Source of the DNA: an uncultured Gemmatimonadales bacterium
GTDB lineage: Bacteria > Gemmatimonadota > Gemmatimonadetes > Gemmatimonadales > GWC2-71-9
DNA: 64,000 nt
Assembly: GCA_963730185.1 (NCBI GenBank)
Contig: CAVSQW010000014.1
Span: forward strand, 192,001-256,000
Direction of reading: 5' to 3'
Positions within the stretch are counted from its first letter, which is position 1; each line of letters opens with the position of its first letter. The notes below the pieces were generated by a model. It was not told the origin of the DNA. It worked only from the letters and a program-made list of their open reading frames with translations, and searched no databases. The position numbers and the translations under genes were made by a program. Below, piece after piece: positions 8,412 through 17,958 of the stretch.

Positions 8412-11069
8412 CTAGAGGGAGAGGTAGTAGTTCGCCTTCACGAGGAGCACGTTCTGCTGCGGGTCGCTCCAGATCCGGCCGAAATCGGTGAGCGCATCGA
8501 ACCGGGGATCGAGGTCGCTGTAGGACCGGCTGTGGTTCCACACCAGGAAGAGGGTCGAGCCTGGGAGGTACTCCCAGCGGAGGACCAGGTTGCTCCGAAT
8601 CGAGCGGACCCGGAAGTCGGGGTTGCCGAAGGTGATCGGGGGCGCCGGCCCGGCGCCGTCCGGGTCGGCGGTGTAGGTCTCGTCGGCCCCGTCGTAGGTC
8701 AGGGTCGACGGCCCGCTGCCGTAGGGCGTGAAGGCGAAGCTGCCGGGCGCCGCCAGCTCCTTGAAGCCCTGGTAGGCGCCGGTCGCGACGAACGGCTGGG
8801 CGTAGAGCTGGACCGAGAGGCTCGGCGTGAGGACCACGCTGAGCCGGGTGGTCAGGCTCAGGGTGTTTTGATCCAGCTGAGCGAACAGGTATCGACCGCC
8901 GAGCGTGGACGTGGCCGTCGGGTCGGCGCTCTGGGTCACGTAGAACGCGGTCTCGTGCGAGCGATGGAAGCTCGGGCTCAGCGAAAGGCTCACGGCGCCG
9001 TTGGACCGGAACACCAGGTCCGGGCCGACCCGGACGCTCCAGCGGCCGTCGTCACCCCGGTCGTAGCGCGCGCCGAAGCCGCCCGAGACCGCCCGGCGGC
9101 CGTCGCTCCGGAGGTAGGAGCCGACCTCCCAGGAGCCGGGCGCGTGGAGGAGGGGGCCGCCCCGGGTCGCCCGGTCGTCGGAGGCGGCGAAGGCCCGCTG
9201 CACGTTGACGTGGACTCCCCAGAAGTTCCGGAACTGGCCGCCTCCCGACGCCTCGATCGTCCGGCGCAGGTTGGTGCCTCCGAAGTTGAACCGGTGGAAG
9301 GAGTTCAGGCTGACGTCGAAGTTCCGGAAGATCGGTCCCGGCCGGACCCAGCGGCGGCTGACCCGGGCGAAGACCGAGGCCCGGTCGGCGTCGGTCTGGA
9401 ACCCGACGTCGTTCAGCTCGAGACCCGGAGTCACGAAGTTGTTGTTGAGCGAGAAGAGCCAGTCGCCGCTGATCTTCGAGACGCTGAGCTCGCCGGCCAG
9501 GCCGGTCAGGCGGGTTCGGGTGGAGTCGTAGTGCAGGTAGCGCTGATCGGGTCGCTGGTAGTAGCGAGTCGACGCCAGCTGGAGCGCGTCGATCGCCGCC
9601 GTGTCACCGGTTACCGTGGCGAAGCCGACTCCGCCCCGGATCTCGTAACCGTTCTGGGCGAACCGGTGGAAGAAGTCGACTCCGCCGGTCAGCGCGCCCG
9701 AGCGGAGGTCGCGAAAGTCGGGGTTCGAGAGGTCACGCTCCACCACCGTCGCGAGCAGCCCGATCCCGCTGCTGCCGTTCCGGAGGTCGCGCCGGAGCCG
9801 GAACACGCCGTAGCCGGTGCGCGGCTCGACCGCCACCCGGGGGAGCGGGGTGCCGTCCGCGTTCGCCAGCCGGGCGAACTCCTGGCCGGTGAGCGCGCCC
9901 ACGGCGCCGATCGACCAGCCCGACCGGGTCCGGCCGGTGAGCTTCGCGGCCCCGAGGATCGAGGTGGCCGCCGGCTGGTCCACGTAGGTCGCCAGGTCGG
10001 AGGCCGAATGCTGCGGGGCCCGGCCGATCCGCCGCGAGTAGTAGAAGTTCACCCCGCCGTCGCGGACCCCGAAATCCATGATGCCCGAGCCCTCGACGAA
10101 GAAGGGCCGCCGCTCGTCGAACCGGGTCTCGAAGGCGGAGAGATTGACCACCGACGGGTCGGCCTCGACCTGGCCGAAGTCGGGATTGATCGTCGCATCG
10201 AGGGTGAGATCGCTGGTGAGGCCGTACTTGAGGTCGAGCCCGCCCGCCAGGGAGGCCACCGACCCGTCGTCGAACGGGCTCCTGGGGTCCGCGTTCTGGG
10301 TGAAGCGGGCCTGGCTCACGGTGTAGGGAAGCACCTCGAGGTGCCGCGGCGCCGGAATGTTCTTGAGGCCGAGCAGGTGCCCGAACTTGGACGCCTGCCC
10401 CGGCTCGGTGCGTGGGGTCCAGGCCCAGTCGACGGCCTCGCCCGAGTGGCGGATGTCCCGCCGAAATTGAATGCCCCAGACCTGGGCCCGACCGGGTGGA
10501 AACCGGAGCTGCGAGAAGGGGATCCGCATCTCGGCCGTCCAGCCGAGCGAGTCGACCTGGGTCTTGGCTTCCCAGACCGGATCCCACGACTCGTCCCGGC
10601 TCGACCCGTCCGAGCTCGACGTCATGTCCCGCCGCTCGCCCGCGGGCGTCACTCCGAACACGAACGCGGTCCGGTGATCGTGGTAGGAGTCGATCAGCAC
10701 GAAGAAGGCGTCGTTGATGACGCCGAACGAGTCGCGCCGGCTCAGGCGCTCGGACACGTCCCTCGGGCGGCTGTAGAGCCGGGCGCCGATGTAGAGGGCG
10801 TTCCGGTCGTAGAGGAGCCGCACCACCGTCCGGTCCGATGCCGGCTTCCCGTCCGAGGGAACGTCCCGGCGGAATCCGGTCACCGGCTGCGCGAGGCGCC
10901 AGACGGGATCGTCCAGACTGCCGTCGACGGCGGGTGCCTCGGGCGAATACGCGGCCGTGACCGCCGGTGGAATTCGTCCATCCCGATGGCGCAGCTCGGG
11001 CCGGGCCGCCGAGGCGACGGCACTCGTATCTTGGAGCTGGAGGAAAGCAAGAGCGGACAGCCACAGCAT
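8412..11069 (-). CDS. DUF5916 / CBM9-like domain outer-membrane protein, paralog 1
   Basis: Same motif set as the neighbour. Start MLWLSAL follows AAGGAG; signal-peptide-like N-terminus. Confidence 0.88.
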   Translation of the reverse strand: MLWLSALAFLQLQDTSAVASAARPELRHRDGRIPPAVTAAYSPEAPAVDGSLDDPVWRLAQPVTGFRRDVPSDGKPASDRTVVRLLYDRNALYIGARLYSRPRDVSERLSRRDSFGVINDAFFVLIDSYHDHRTAFVFGVTPAGERRDMTSSSDGSSRDESWDPVWEAKTQVDSLGWTAEMRIPFSQLRFPPGRAQVWGIQFRRDIRHSGEAVDWAWTPRTEPGQASKFGHLLGLKNIPAPRHLEVLPYTVSQARFTQNADPRSPFDDGSVASLAGGLDLKYGLTSDLTLDATINPDFGQVEADPSVVNLSAFETRFDERRPFFVEGSGIMDFGVRDGGVNFYYSRRIGRAPQHSASDLATYVDQPAATSILGAAKLTGRTRSGWSIGAVGALTGQEFARLANADGTPLPRVAVEPRTGYGVFRLRRDLRNGSSGIGLLATVVERDLSNPDFRDLRSGALTGGVDFFHRFAQNGYEIRGGVGFATVTGDTAAIDALQLASTRYYQRPDQRYLHYDSTRTRLTGLAGELSVSKISGDWLFSLNNNFVTPGLELNDVGFQTDADRASVFARVSRRWVRPGPIFRNFDVSLNSFHRFNFGGTNLRRTIEASGGGQFRNFWGVHVNVQRAFAASDDRATRGGPLLHAPGSWEVGSYLRSDGRRAVSGGFGARYDRGDDGRWSVRVGPDLVFRSNGAVSLSLSPSFHRSHETAFYVTQSADPTATSTLGGRYLFAQLDQNTLSLTTRLSVVLTPSLSVQLYAQPFVATGAYQGFKELAAPGSFAFTPYGSGPSTLTYDGADETYTADPDGAGPAPPITFGNPDFRVRSIRSNLVLRWEYLPGSTLFLVWNHSRSYSDLDPRFDALTDFGRIWSDPQQNVLLVKANYYLSL

Positions 11070-11256
11070 GCCGGCGTCTCCTTTGGGGCTCGGGTCGCCG
11101 GGTCGCCGGCGTCTAAATCGTATACAGCTAGGTCGGCTGGCGGTAGAGCCCAAATGGCCCTGCCGGCGTCTCGGTCCGGGCCGGGTGGCCGGTGTCGGCA
11201 GGGCGCCTACATTCAAGTAAACCAATCAGTTCGGCTTTCTACCGGAGCAGACGACG

Positions 11257-12471
11257 ATGGGACTTCGGGGGCTCGTAGGGCTGGCGATGGTGGGGGTGAC
11301 CGCTCTTCCGACGGTCGGGGCCGGCCAGGCCCCCGGGAAAGGGTTCGATCGGGCCTGGGCGCCGGTGCAGGCCTACTTCCATCAGGTCCTGAACGATGAA
11401 GGCGTGGTGGGTGGCGCTCTGACGTTCTTCCATGGCGACTCGGTCCTGGCCCGGGAGGTTCACGGGTACGCCGATCTGGCCACCCATCGGAAGGTCGACG
11501 AGCGGACCATTTTTCACTGGGCCTCGATCACCAAGACGCTGACCGGCATCGCGATCATGCAGCTCCGCGACCGGGGCCGGCTTCGGCTCACCGATCCCAT
11601 CGTGCGATACGTGCCGGAGCTCCGGAAGGTCCATGACCCCTACGGCGACGTGAGTGAGATCACGATCGGGATGCTGATGTCGCACGCGGCCGGATTCCGG
11701 AACCCGACCTGGCCCTGGGGCGGCGACCAGCCGTGGCAGCCCTTCGAGCCGACCGACTGGTCGCAGCTGGTGGCCATGATGCCGTACACCCAGATCCTCT
11801 TCCCGCCGGGGAGCAAGTACAGCTACTCCAATCCGGGGATCATCTTCCTGGGCCGGACGATCGAGGGGCTGACCGACGACGACTTCGAAGTCTACATGGA
11901 GAAGAACGTGCTCCGCCCGCTGGGCATGGCGTCGGCCTACTACGACGTCACGCCGTACCACCTGCTCAAGTACCGGTCCAACAACTACACCATGGTCGAC
12001 GGCGCGCCGAAGGCCAACGGGCTCGACTTCGACACCGGAATCACCACCTCGAACGGCGGCTTGAACGCCCCCCTCGCCGACATGGTTCGGTATCTCCAGT
12101 TCCTGGTGGGGGCGCCCGGGCTCGACGACGACGCCCGGGCCGTGCTGGCCCGCTCGTCGCTCGAGGAGATGTGGCGGCCGGTCCTGCCGCTCGAGCCGGC
12201 GGGCGCCGATTCCATCGGTCGGTCGTTCTTCATCTACCACCGGAACGGCGTCCGGCTGCTCGGCCACACCGGTAGCCAGCAGGCCTTCCGCTCGTTCTTC
12301 TACCTCGATCCGGTGAGCCAGACCGGGGTGATCGCCGCGTTCAACACCGCGCCGGCGGACGATGCCCGGAATCCGACCGAGGCGGGGGCGGCCAAGCCGC
12401 GGATCGGCGTGATCTTCGACGGGCTCTTGGACCGGCTCGCGGGCTCCGTCTTTCCGTACTTTCGGCCGTAG
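11257..12471 (+). CDS. Serine hydrolase (class C beta-lactamase family), exported
   Basis: SITK (SxxK), YSN, HTG motifs; signal peptide. Confidence 0.9.
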   Translation: MGLRGLVGLAMVGVTALPTVGAGQAPGKGFDRAWAPVQAYFHQVLNDEGVVGGALTFFHGDSVLAREVHGYADLATHRKVDERTIFHWASITKTLTGIAIMQLRDRGRLRLTDPIVRYVPELRKVHDPYGDVSEITIGMLMSHAAGFRNPTWPWGGDQPWQPFEPTDWSQLVAMMPYTQILFPPGSKYSYSNPGIIFLGRTIEGLTDDDFEVYMEKNVLRPLGMASAYYDVTPYHLLKYRSNNYTMVDGAPKANGLDFDTGITTSNGGLNAPLADMVRYLQFLVGAPGLDDDARAVLARSSLEEMWRPVLPLEPAGADSIGRSFFIYHRNGVRLLGHTGSQQAFRSFFYLDPVSQTGVIAAFNTAPADDARNPTEAGAAKPRIGVIFDGLLDRLAGSVFPYFRP

Positions 12472-12513
12472 GGCGGGGGATGGCGGCGTGACGCGGTGCG
12501 GAGCCCCTCGGGG

Positions 12514-13299
12514 TTACCGTCCCTGGAATCGCGGTGGGCGTTGCTCCGCGAACGCCAGGATTCCTTCCTGGCGATCGGCGGAGCCGAGCATTCGCTCGTA
12601 GGTCGGGTAGCGGCCTTCGCGCACCGTCCGGAAGGCGTCGCGCACGCTGAGCCCGGCCGTCTCCCGGACGACCTCCTTGGTGGCCTGGATCGAGAGCGGC
12701 GCCGCCTCCGCGATGGTCCGGGCCAGCGACCGCGCCCGTTCCCGAAGCTCGGCGGCCGGCACGACGGCGTTGACCAGCCCCCACCGGGCCGCTTCGGCCG
12801 CGCCCATCCGGCGGCCGGTGAAGAGCATCTCCATGGCGACGGCATACGGCAGCCGGCGAGGCAGACGCTGGACTCCGCCGGCATCGGCCACGTTGCCGAT
12901 CCGCCCTTCCGGCAGGGCGAATTCGGCGTGGTCGGCCGCGAGGATCAAGTCGGCCGCCAGGGCCAACTCGAAGCCGCCCCCGATCGCCAGGCCGTTCACG
13001 GCGGCGATGACCGGCTTGGCCAGGTCGAACAGCTCAGTCAGGCCGGCGAATCCGCCCGGGCCGTAGTCCATCCGCTCGTGCTCGCCCTCGGCGCCGGCTT
13101 TGAGGTCCCAGCCCGCGGAGAAGAACCGGTCTCCGGCGCCGGTGACGATGGCCACCCGGAGGTCGGGGTCGTCGCGGAAGGCCACGAAAGCCTCACCCAG
13201 GGCCACGCTGGTGGCCCGGTCGATGGCATTGGCCTTCGGGCGGTCGAGCACCAGCTCCAGCACGTGCTCGTGCCACGTGAGACGAAACGGGGGCGGCAT
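12514..13299 (-). CDS. caiD: Enoyl-CoA hydratase, carnitinyl-CoA dehydratase (CaiD)-like
   Basis: DRPKANAID, FFSAGWDLKA, GPGGFAGLTE, GGGFELALAAD closely match CaiD as recalled. Confidence 0.8.
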   Translation of the reverse strand: MPPPFRLTWHEHVLELVLDRPKANAIDRATSVALGEAFVAFRDDPDLRVAIVTGAGDRFFSAGWDLKAGAEGEHERMDYGPGGFAGLTELFDLAKPVIAAVNGLAIGGGFELALAADLILAADHAEFALPEGRIGNVADAGGVQRLPRRLPYAVAMEMLFTGRRMGAAEAARWGLVNAVVPAAELRERARSLARTIAEAAPLSIQATKEVVRETAGLSVRDAFRTVREGRYPTYERMLGSADRQEGILAFAEQRPPRFQGR

Positions 13300-13349
13300 G
13301 GCGGCTCCAGGTGGCGGTGGGCCGAGTATAGCCTTCCCCTCTCGTCGGT

Positions 13350-13358
13350 TGCTACTCT
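13350..13358 (+). promoter_or_regulatory. Extended -10 promoter (TGcTACTCT)
   Basis: TGnTAnnnT 7 nt upstream of ATG 13366; a divergent TATACT lies on the minus strand at 13326-13331. Confidence 0.55.
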
Positions 13359-13365
13359 TAAGGAG

Positions 13366-13413
13366 ATGACGAACCCGACCCGCCCGCCCGCCCCGACGCC
13401 CGTGCTCCGGTGA
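13366..13413 (+). CDS. Putative 15-aa Pro-rich leader peptide MTNPTRPPAPTPVLR
   Basis: ATG preceded by AAGGAG and an extended -10; its TGA overlaps the GTG start of the next gene (GTGA). Confidence 0.4.
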   Translation: MTNPTRPPAPTPVLR

Positions 13414-13991
13414 CCCCGAATTTTCATTCCTCGTCCGACCGCCGGGACTTCTTCCGCGACAACCTGGGGGAGTGGATCCGCAAGGTGGTCGAGGAGACCG
13501 AGGAGCGGATCATCCAGACCCGGTATTTTCGGCCGCCGGGGGCGCTGCCGGAGGTGGCGTTCCTCGCGGCCTGTACCCGGTGCGGCCTCTGTTCGCCGGT
13601 GTGTCCCGTCCACGCCATCCTCACGGTGCCCCCGTCGGGCGGGCTCGCGGCGGGTACGCCGTTCATCGATCCGAAGAGCCAGCCGTGCGTGGCCTGCGCC
13701 GACATCCCCTGCGCCGCCGCCTGCCCGACCGGGGCGCTCACCGCGCCGCTCGACGGCTGGGCCCGGCTCCGGGTGGGACGAATCGAGTTCGTGCCGGAGC
13801 GGTGCGTGACCTTTCAGGGCACCGAATGCCGGGTCTGCGTCGACGCCTGTCCCGTGGGAGAGCGGGCGCTCGCTATGGACGAGGCGGGCCACCCGGTGCT
13901 CCGGTACGAGGGCTGCGTCGGGTGCGGAGTTTGCATGCGAGAGTGCATCACGTCGCCGTCATCGTTCCAACTCGAGCAAATGGAGGCCTGA
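13410..13991 (+). CDS. NapG/MauM-type 4Fe-4S ferredoxin
   Basis: DRRDFF, RPPGA, CTRCGLC...CP, C..C...C...CPTGAL, CVGCGVC...C. Confidence 0.88.
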   Translation: MTPNFHSSSDRRDFFRDNLGEWIRKVVEETEERIIQTRYFRPPGALPEVAFLAACTRCGLCSPVCPVHAILTVPPSGGLAAGTPFIDPKSQPCVACADIPCAAACPTGALTAPLDGWARLRVGRIEFVPERCVTFQGTECRVCVDACPVGERALAMDEAGHPVLRYEGCVGCGVCMRECITSPSSFQLEQMEA

Positions 13992-14344
13992 TGGCCGAGG
14001 TACCCTTTCGGGTGGACAAGCCGTGGGGCTACGAGCTGATCTGGGCGCGGACCGACCGGTACGTCGGGAAGATCCTCCACGTCGACGCCGGCCACGTGCT
14101 CAGCTGCCAGTACCACAACGCCAAGGACGAGACCATGTTCGTTCTGTCGGGCGAGCTGATCCTCCGCACCCAGCCGCAGGGCGGCGAGATGGCGGAGCGG
14201 ACGTTCCGGCAGGGCGAGTCGATTCACATTCCGCCCCTCCTCATCCATCAGATCGAGGCGGTGGTCGATTCCGACGTGCTCGAGGCCTCGACCCCCGAGC
14301 TCGACGATCTGGTCCGCCTCTCCGACCGCTACGGGAGATCGTGA
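13991..14344 (+). CDS. Cupin protein (mannose-6-phosphate isomerase type II-like)
   Basis: ATG overlaps upstream TGA; VDKPWGYE, LSCQYH..KDET, HQIEA, EASTPELDD. Confidence 0.85.
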   Translation: MAEVPFRVDKPWGYELIWARTDRYVGKILHVDAGHVLSCQYHNAKDETMFVLSGELILRTQPQGGEMAERTFRQGESIHIPPLLIHQIEAVVDSDVLEASTPELDDLVRLSDRYGRS

Positions 14345-14345
14345 C

Positions 14346-15329
14346 GTGCACGTAATCATTCCGCTCGCCGGCAAGGGAACCCGAGTCCGTCCCCACAGCC
14401 ATTTGGTCCCCAAGCCGATGATCAAGGTCGCGGGCCGGCCGGTCATCGACTGGGTGATGGACCGGGTCGAGGGGCTCGACGTGACCGATCTCATCTTCAT
14501 CACCGGTCACCTGAAGGAGCAGGTCGAGGCCTACGCCACCGGGCGCTACGGACTCCCCTGTCACTTCATCGAGCAGGAGGTGCAGGACGGGACGGCCGGG
14601 GCCGTGAACCTGGCCCGGCCGCTGGTCAGGGAGCCGGTCCTGATCATCTTCGTCGACACCGTCTTCGACGCCGACCTCACGGTGATCAACCGGACCGACG
14701 CGGACGGGATCATCTGGGCCAAGGAGGTTGAGGACTATCAGCGCTTCGGCGTGGTGGTGACCGACGACCAGGGCTTCATGACGAAGATCGTCGAGAAGCC
14801 GTCGGAGCCGATCTCGAAGCTGGCCAACATCGGTCTCTACTACATCCGCGACTACCAGGCCCTCTGGCAAGGGATCGACCACACCCTGGCCGCGCCCGCC
14901 AACAAGGGCGAATACTTCCTCACCGACGCCTTCCAGTGGATGATCGACCACGGGCGGAAGATCCTCACGGCCGAGGTGGGCGGATGGTACGACTGCGGCA
15001 AGGTCGACATGTTCGTCGAGACGAACGAGATCCTGCTGAAGAAGGGAGCCGCCCGGCATCCGGCTTTCGGCTCCGACGTGAAGATCATCGAGCCGGTGTT
15101 GATCGAAGACGGGGTCACCATCTCCCGCTCGACCATCGGCCCCAACGTCACCATCGAGACGGGAACCTCGATCGCCAACTCCACCGTCGCCAACACCCTG
15201 ATGGGTCAGCGCTGCCGGATCACCGGATCCACGATCCATCAGAGCATGCTCGGCAACCGGGTCACGGTGGAGGGGTTCGACGGTACCCTGAGCGTCTCCG
15301 ACGACTCCGCCATTCGCGGGGGGGAATAG
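14346..15329 (+). CDS. Sugar-phosphate nucleotidyltransferase with C-terminal beta-helix
   Basis: LAGKGTR.RP...PKP, GTAGA, EKP, GEYFLTDA, WYDCG; hexapeptide-like C-terminus. Confidence 0.9.
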   Translation: MHVIIPLAGKGTRVRPHSHLVPKPMIKVAGRPVIDWVMDRVEGLDVTDLIFITGHLKEQVEAYATGRYGLPCHFIEQEVQDGTAGAVNLARPLVREPVLIIFVDTVFDADLTVINRTDADGIIWAKEVEDYQRFGVVVTDDQGFMTKIVEKPSEPISKLANIGLYYIRDYQALWQGIDHTLAAPANKGEYFLTDAFQWMIDHGRKILTAEVGGWYDCGKVDMFVETNEILLKKGAARHPAFGSDVKIIEPVLIEDGVTISRSTIGPNVTIETGTSIANSTVANTLMGQRCRITGSTIHQSMLGNRVTVEGFDGTLSVSDDSAIRGGE

Positions 15330-15342
15330 CGGATCTTCCCCG

Positions 15343-16743
15343 GTGTCGCTGACCGATCCCCTCGCCCGGTCGTTCTTCGACCTCTGGCAGCATCTCGACC
15401 CCGTCGAGGCCGGTCGCTTCGATCCGGCCGCGGGGTTGCCCGGGCTGGCCGTCTTCGACGACGAGATCGTCCGCCAGCACCTGGCCGCCCTTCGCGCCCT
15501 CGGCCTCGCGGCGGAAGAGCTCGAGCCCGAGACCCTCGACGACCAGATCGATCTCACCCTGCTCGTCGGCGGGATTCGCGAGGTGGAGCGGACCTTCGGC
15601 CAGGAGCGCTCCCACCGCGCCGGTCCGGGCTTCTGGCTGGCCCGCCTGGCCGAGACGCTGGCCGCCCGGGCGGGCGATGGAGAGCTCCTGGACCTGGTGC
15701 CGGCCTGGGCCGAGTCGGCCGTGGTGCCGAGCGATGCCTTCGGCCTCGAGACCGGCCTGACCCTCCTGGAGGCGGTCGGCCGGCTGCTCGAGGACGAGCT
15801 GTGGGAACGGGCCCCGGCGGACCGCTTGGCCCGGGCCCGGGCGGCGCTGGAGGGCCTGGGGCAGAGTCTCCGGGCCGAAGCCAGGCCGTCGGAGGAGGCG
15901 GCCGCGAGCGGGATCGGCGAGGAGGCGGCCGACTGGCGACTCAACTACGTCTATTCGCTTTCCGCCGGGTCGGCGGCCGCGCTCCGCCAGCTCGCGGCGC
16001 TCGCCGATCAGCTCGAGGCCGATCTGGTCCGGGGCGCGGCCGTGGTCGATCCGGCCCGGCCCTGGCGGGAGATCGTCGCCGGGCTAGGCTTCGGCCCGCT
16101 GGCCTACACCGATCCCGACGCGCCGATGCTCGAGGCCTGGGCGGCGTTTCGGGACCCGACCGAGCCCGAGGCGCACTTCCGGGTCGCGCGCGCCGGCGCG
16201 CTCGAACCGGGTCGGAGCCGTCTCAGCCTCCGCCCCGGCTCGCCGCTGGCGGTGGCGCTGGGGGTCCGCTATGGCCCGGCGGGGGCCGGCGGCCTGGTCG
16301 CGGGGCGGGTCGACGCCGCCTCGGAGATCCGCCGGCGGTACGCTCAGCCCGGGCTGTTGGACGGGTGGGGCCTGTTCGCCGAGGATCGCGCGGCGCGGGC
16401 CACCCAGGCGCCTGCGCTGGCCCTCGTGCTCCAAGCCGACCTGCTGCTCCGCACCTTGGTGGCCGCCGCCGACCTGGCCGTGCACCGGCGCCAGCTGACG
16501 CTGGCCGAGGTCCCCGAACGGCTGACCACCCGGGCGCTGATCGCGCCGGAAGCCGCCGTGGCCGAGGCGCGGCGGATCGCCTCGGCGCCGCTCGAGGCCG
16601 CCGGCAGCGTGCTGGTCTGGCGCGAGTGGGTTCGGCTGGCGGCCGCCTGGCCCGGAGGCGACCCTGCGCTCGAGGCCGCGGTCCGGGCCGGCGGCCTGGC
16701 CAGTCCCGTGCTGGTTCGCTGGCGCCATGACGTCCCCGAGTAG
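15343..16743 (+). CDS. Divergent DUF885-like protein
   Basis: DGWGLFAE resembles the EGWALYAE motif; GIGEE....RL, AADLAVH segments. Confidence 0.55.
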   Translation: MSLTDPLARSFFDLWQHLDPVEAGRFDPAAGLPGLAVFDDEIVRQHLAALRALGLAAEELEPETLDDQIDLTLLVGGIREVERTFGQERSHRAGPGFWLARLAETLAARAGDGELLDLVPAWAESAVVPSDAFGLETGLTLLEAVGRLLEDELWERAPADRLARARAALEGLGQSLRAEARPSEEAAASGIGEEAADWRLNYVYSLSAGSAAALRQLAALADQLEADLVRGAAVVDPARPWREIVAGLGFGPLAYTDPDAPMLEAWAAFRDPTEPEAHFRVARAGALEPGRSRLSLRPGSPLAVALGVRYGPAGAGGLVAGRVDAASEIRRRYAQPGLLDGWGLFAEDRAARATQAPALALVLQADLLLRTLVAAADLAVHRRQLTLAEVPERLTTRALIAPEAAVAEARRIASAPLEAAGSVLVWREWVRLAAAWPGGDPALEAAVRAGGLASPVLVRWRHDVPE

Positions 16744-17947
16744 CTCACCCCCGGTTCCCGGTCCGGTCAAAGGCCTCGCCGCCGTCTCGCTGTTCAACGA
16801 CGTGGCGAGCGAGATGGTCTACCCGGTGCTCCCCGCGTTTCTGACCGGCACGTTGGGAGCCGGCGCGCTGGCGTTAGGCGTCCTCGACGGCGCCGCCGAC
16901 CTGACCGCGGCGGTGCTCCGGTGGTGGAGCGGGCGGCTGGCCGACCGGCCGGGGTGGCGGTCGCCCCTGGTGCTGGTGGGCTACGGGCTCGCGGTCGTGG
17001 CCCGCCCGGCGATCGCGGTGACCACGGCGGCCTGGCAGGTGATCAGCTGCCGGGTGATCGACCGGGTCGGGAAGGGGATCCGCTCGCCGGCCCGCGACGC
17101 GCTGATCGCCGACCTCGCGCCCCCCGCCATCCACGGTCGGGCCTTCGGGCTCCATCGGGCGGCCGATCATCTCGGCGCCGTGTTGGGGTCGCTGGCCGCG
17201 TACCTCTTGCTCGCCCGGGGGGTGGCCACCCGCCACGTCATCGCGGCCAGCCTCTTTCCCGGCCTGGCGGCGGTGCTGGTGCTCTCGGTCGTGGTTCGGC
17301 GGGCCCGGCTGCCCTCGGCCGCCGTGGACCCGGCCGCCAGCCGCGGGGCCAAGCCGGCGCCCGGGCCGCTCGATCTCCGCCTGGTGGCGCTGGCGGCGCT
17401 GGCCGCCTTCCGGCTGCCGGAGACCCTCCTGCTGCTTCGCTTGCAGGACCTCGGGGTGGCGGTGGCCCTGATTCCCCTGGTCTGGTCCGGGCTCCACGTG
17501 GTGCGGAGCGCCTCGTCGTACCCGGCGGGCGCGTTGGCCGATCGGGTGGGCGTGGCTGGGGTGCTGGTGCTCGGGGTGGTCTTCTATGCCGCCGGGTTGG
17601 CGGGGCTGAGCCAGCCGGTGGGGCCGGGGGGCGGCATCGCGATCGTCCTGGCCCAGGGACTCGCGAGCGGTCTCCTGGAGCCGGCCGAGCGGGTGGCCGT
17701 GGCCGCGGTGGGCGGCGCCAAGCGGGGCCACGCCTTCGGGACCTACCAGGGCCTGGTCGGGGTCGGCTCGCTCGGAACGGCGCTGCTGCTGGGCTGGCTC
17801 TATCAGGCCCATGGCGGAGCCCTCGCGCTCGCCCTGGCGGCCGGCCTCACCCTCCTCGGTCTCGGGATCTGGGCGGCCGCCGGCGGCGGGCGTCCCCGGC
17901 CCGGCCCGGACGGCGCCTCGCTTGCGGGCCCCGGTGGGCACCGGTAG
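16727..17947 (+). CDS. MFS transporter
   Basis: SLFND.ASEM.YP, SGRLADR, DRVGKGIRS..RDAL, GRAFGLHRA.D; about 12 hydrophobic segments. Confidence 0.9.
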   Translation: MTSPSSSPPVPGPVKGLAAVSLFNDVASEMVYPVLPAFLTGTLGAGALALGVLDGAADLTAAVLRWWSGRLADRPGWRSPLVLVGYGLAVVARPAIAVTTAAWQVISCRVIDRVGKGIRSPARDALIADLAPPAIHGRAFGLHRAADHLGAVLGSLAAYLLLARGVATRHVIAASLFPGLAAVLVLSVVVRRARLPSAAVDPAASRGAKPAPGPLDLRLVALAALAAFRLPETLLLLRLQDLGVAVALIPLVWSGLHVVRSASSYPAGALADRVGVAGVLVLGVVFYAAGLAGLSQPVGPGGGIAIVLAQGLASGLLEPAERVAVAAVGGAKRGHAFGTYQGLVGVGSLGTALLLGWLYQAHGGALALALAAGLTLLGLGIWAAAGGGRPRPGPDGASLAGPGGHR

Positions 17948-17958
17948 CTTCGCGCTCT

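Noticed and set aside
7008..11399. 1463-aa plus-strand ORF (also 4185..6914 and other long antisense ORFs)
   Set aside because: Shadow frames of well-supported minus-strand genes. High GC3 suppresses antisense stops, and the translations have no motifs.
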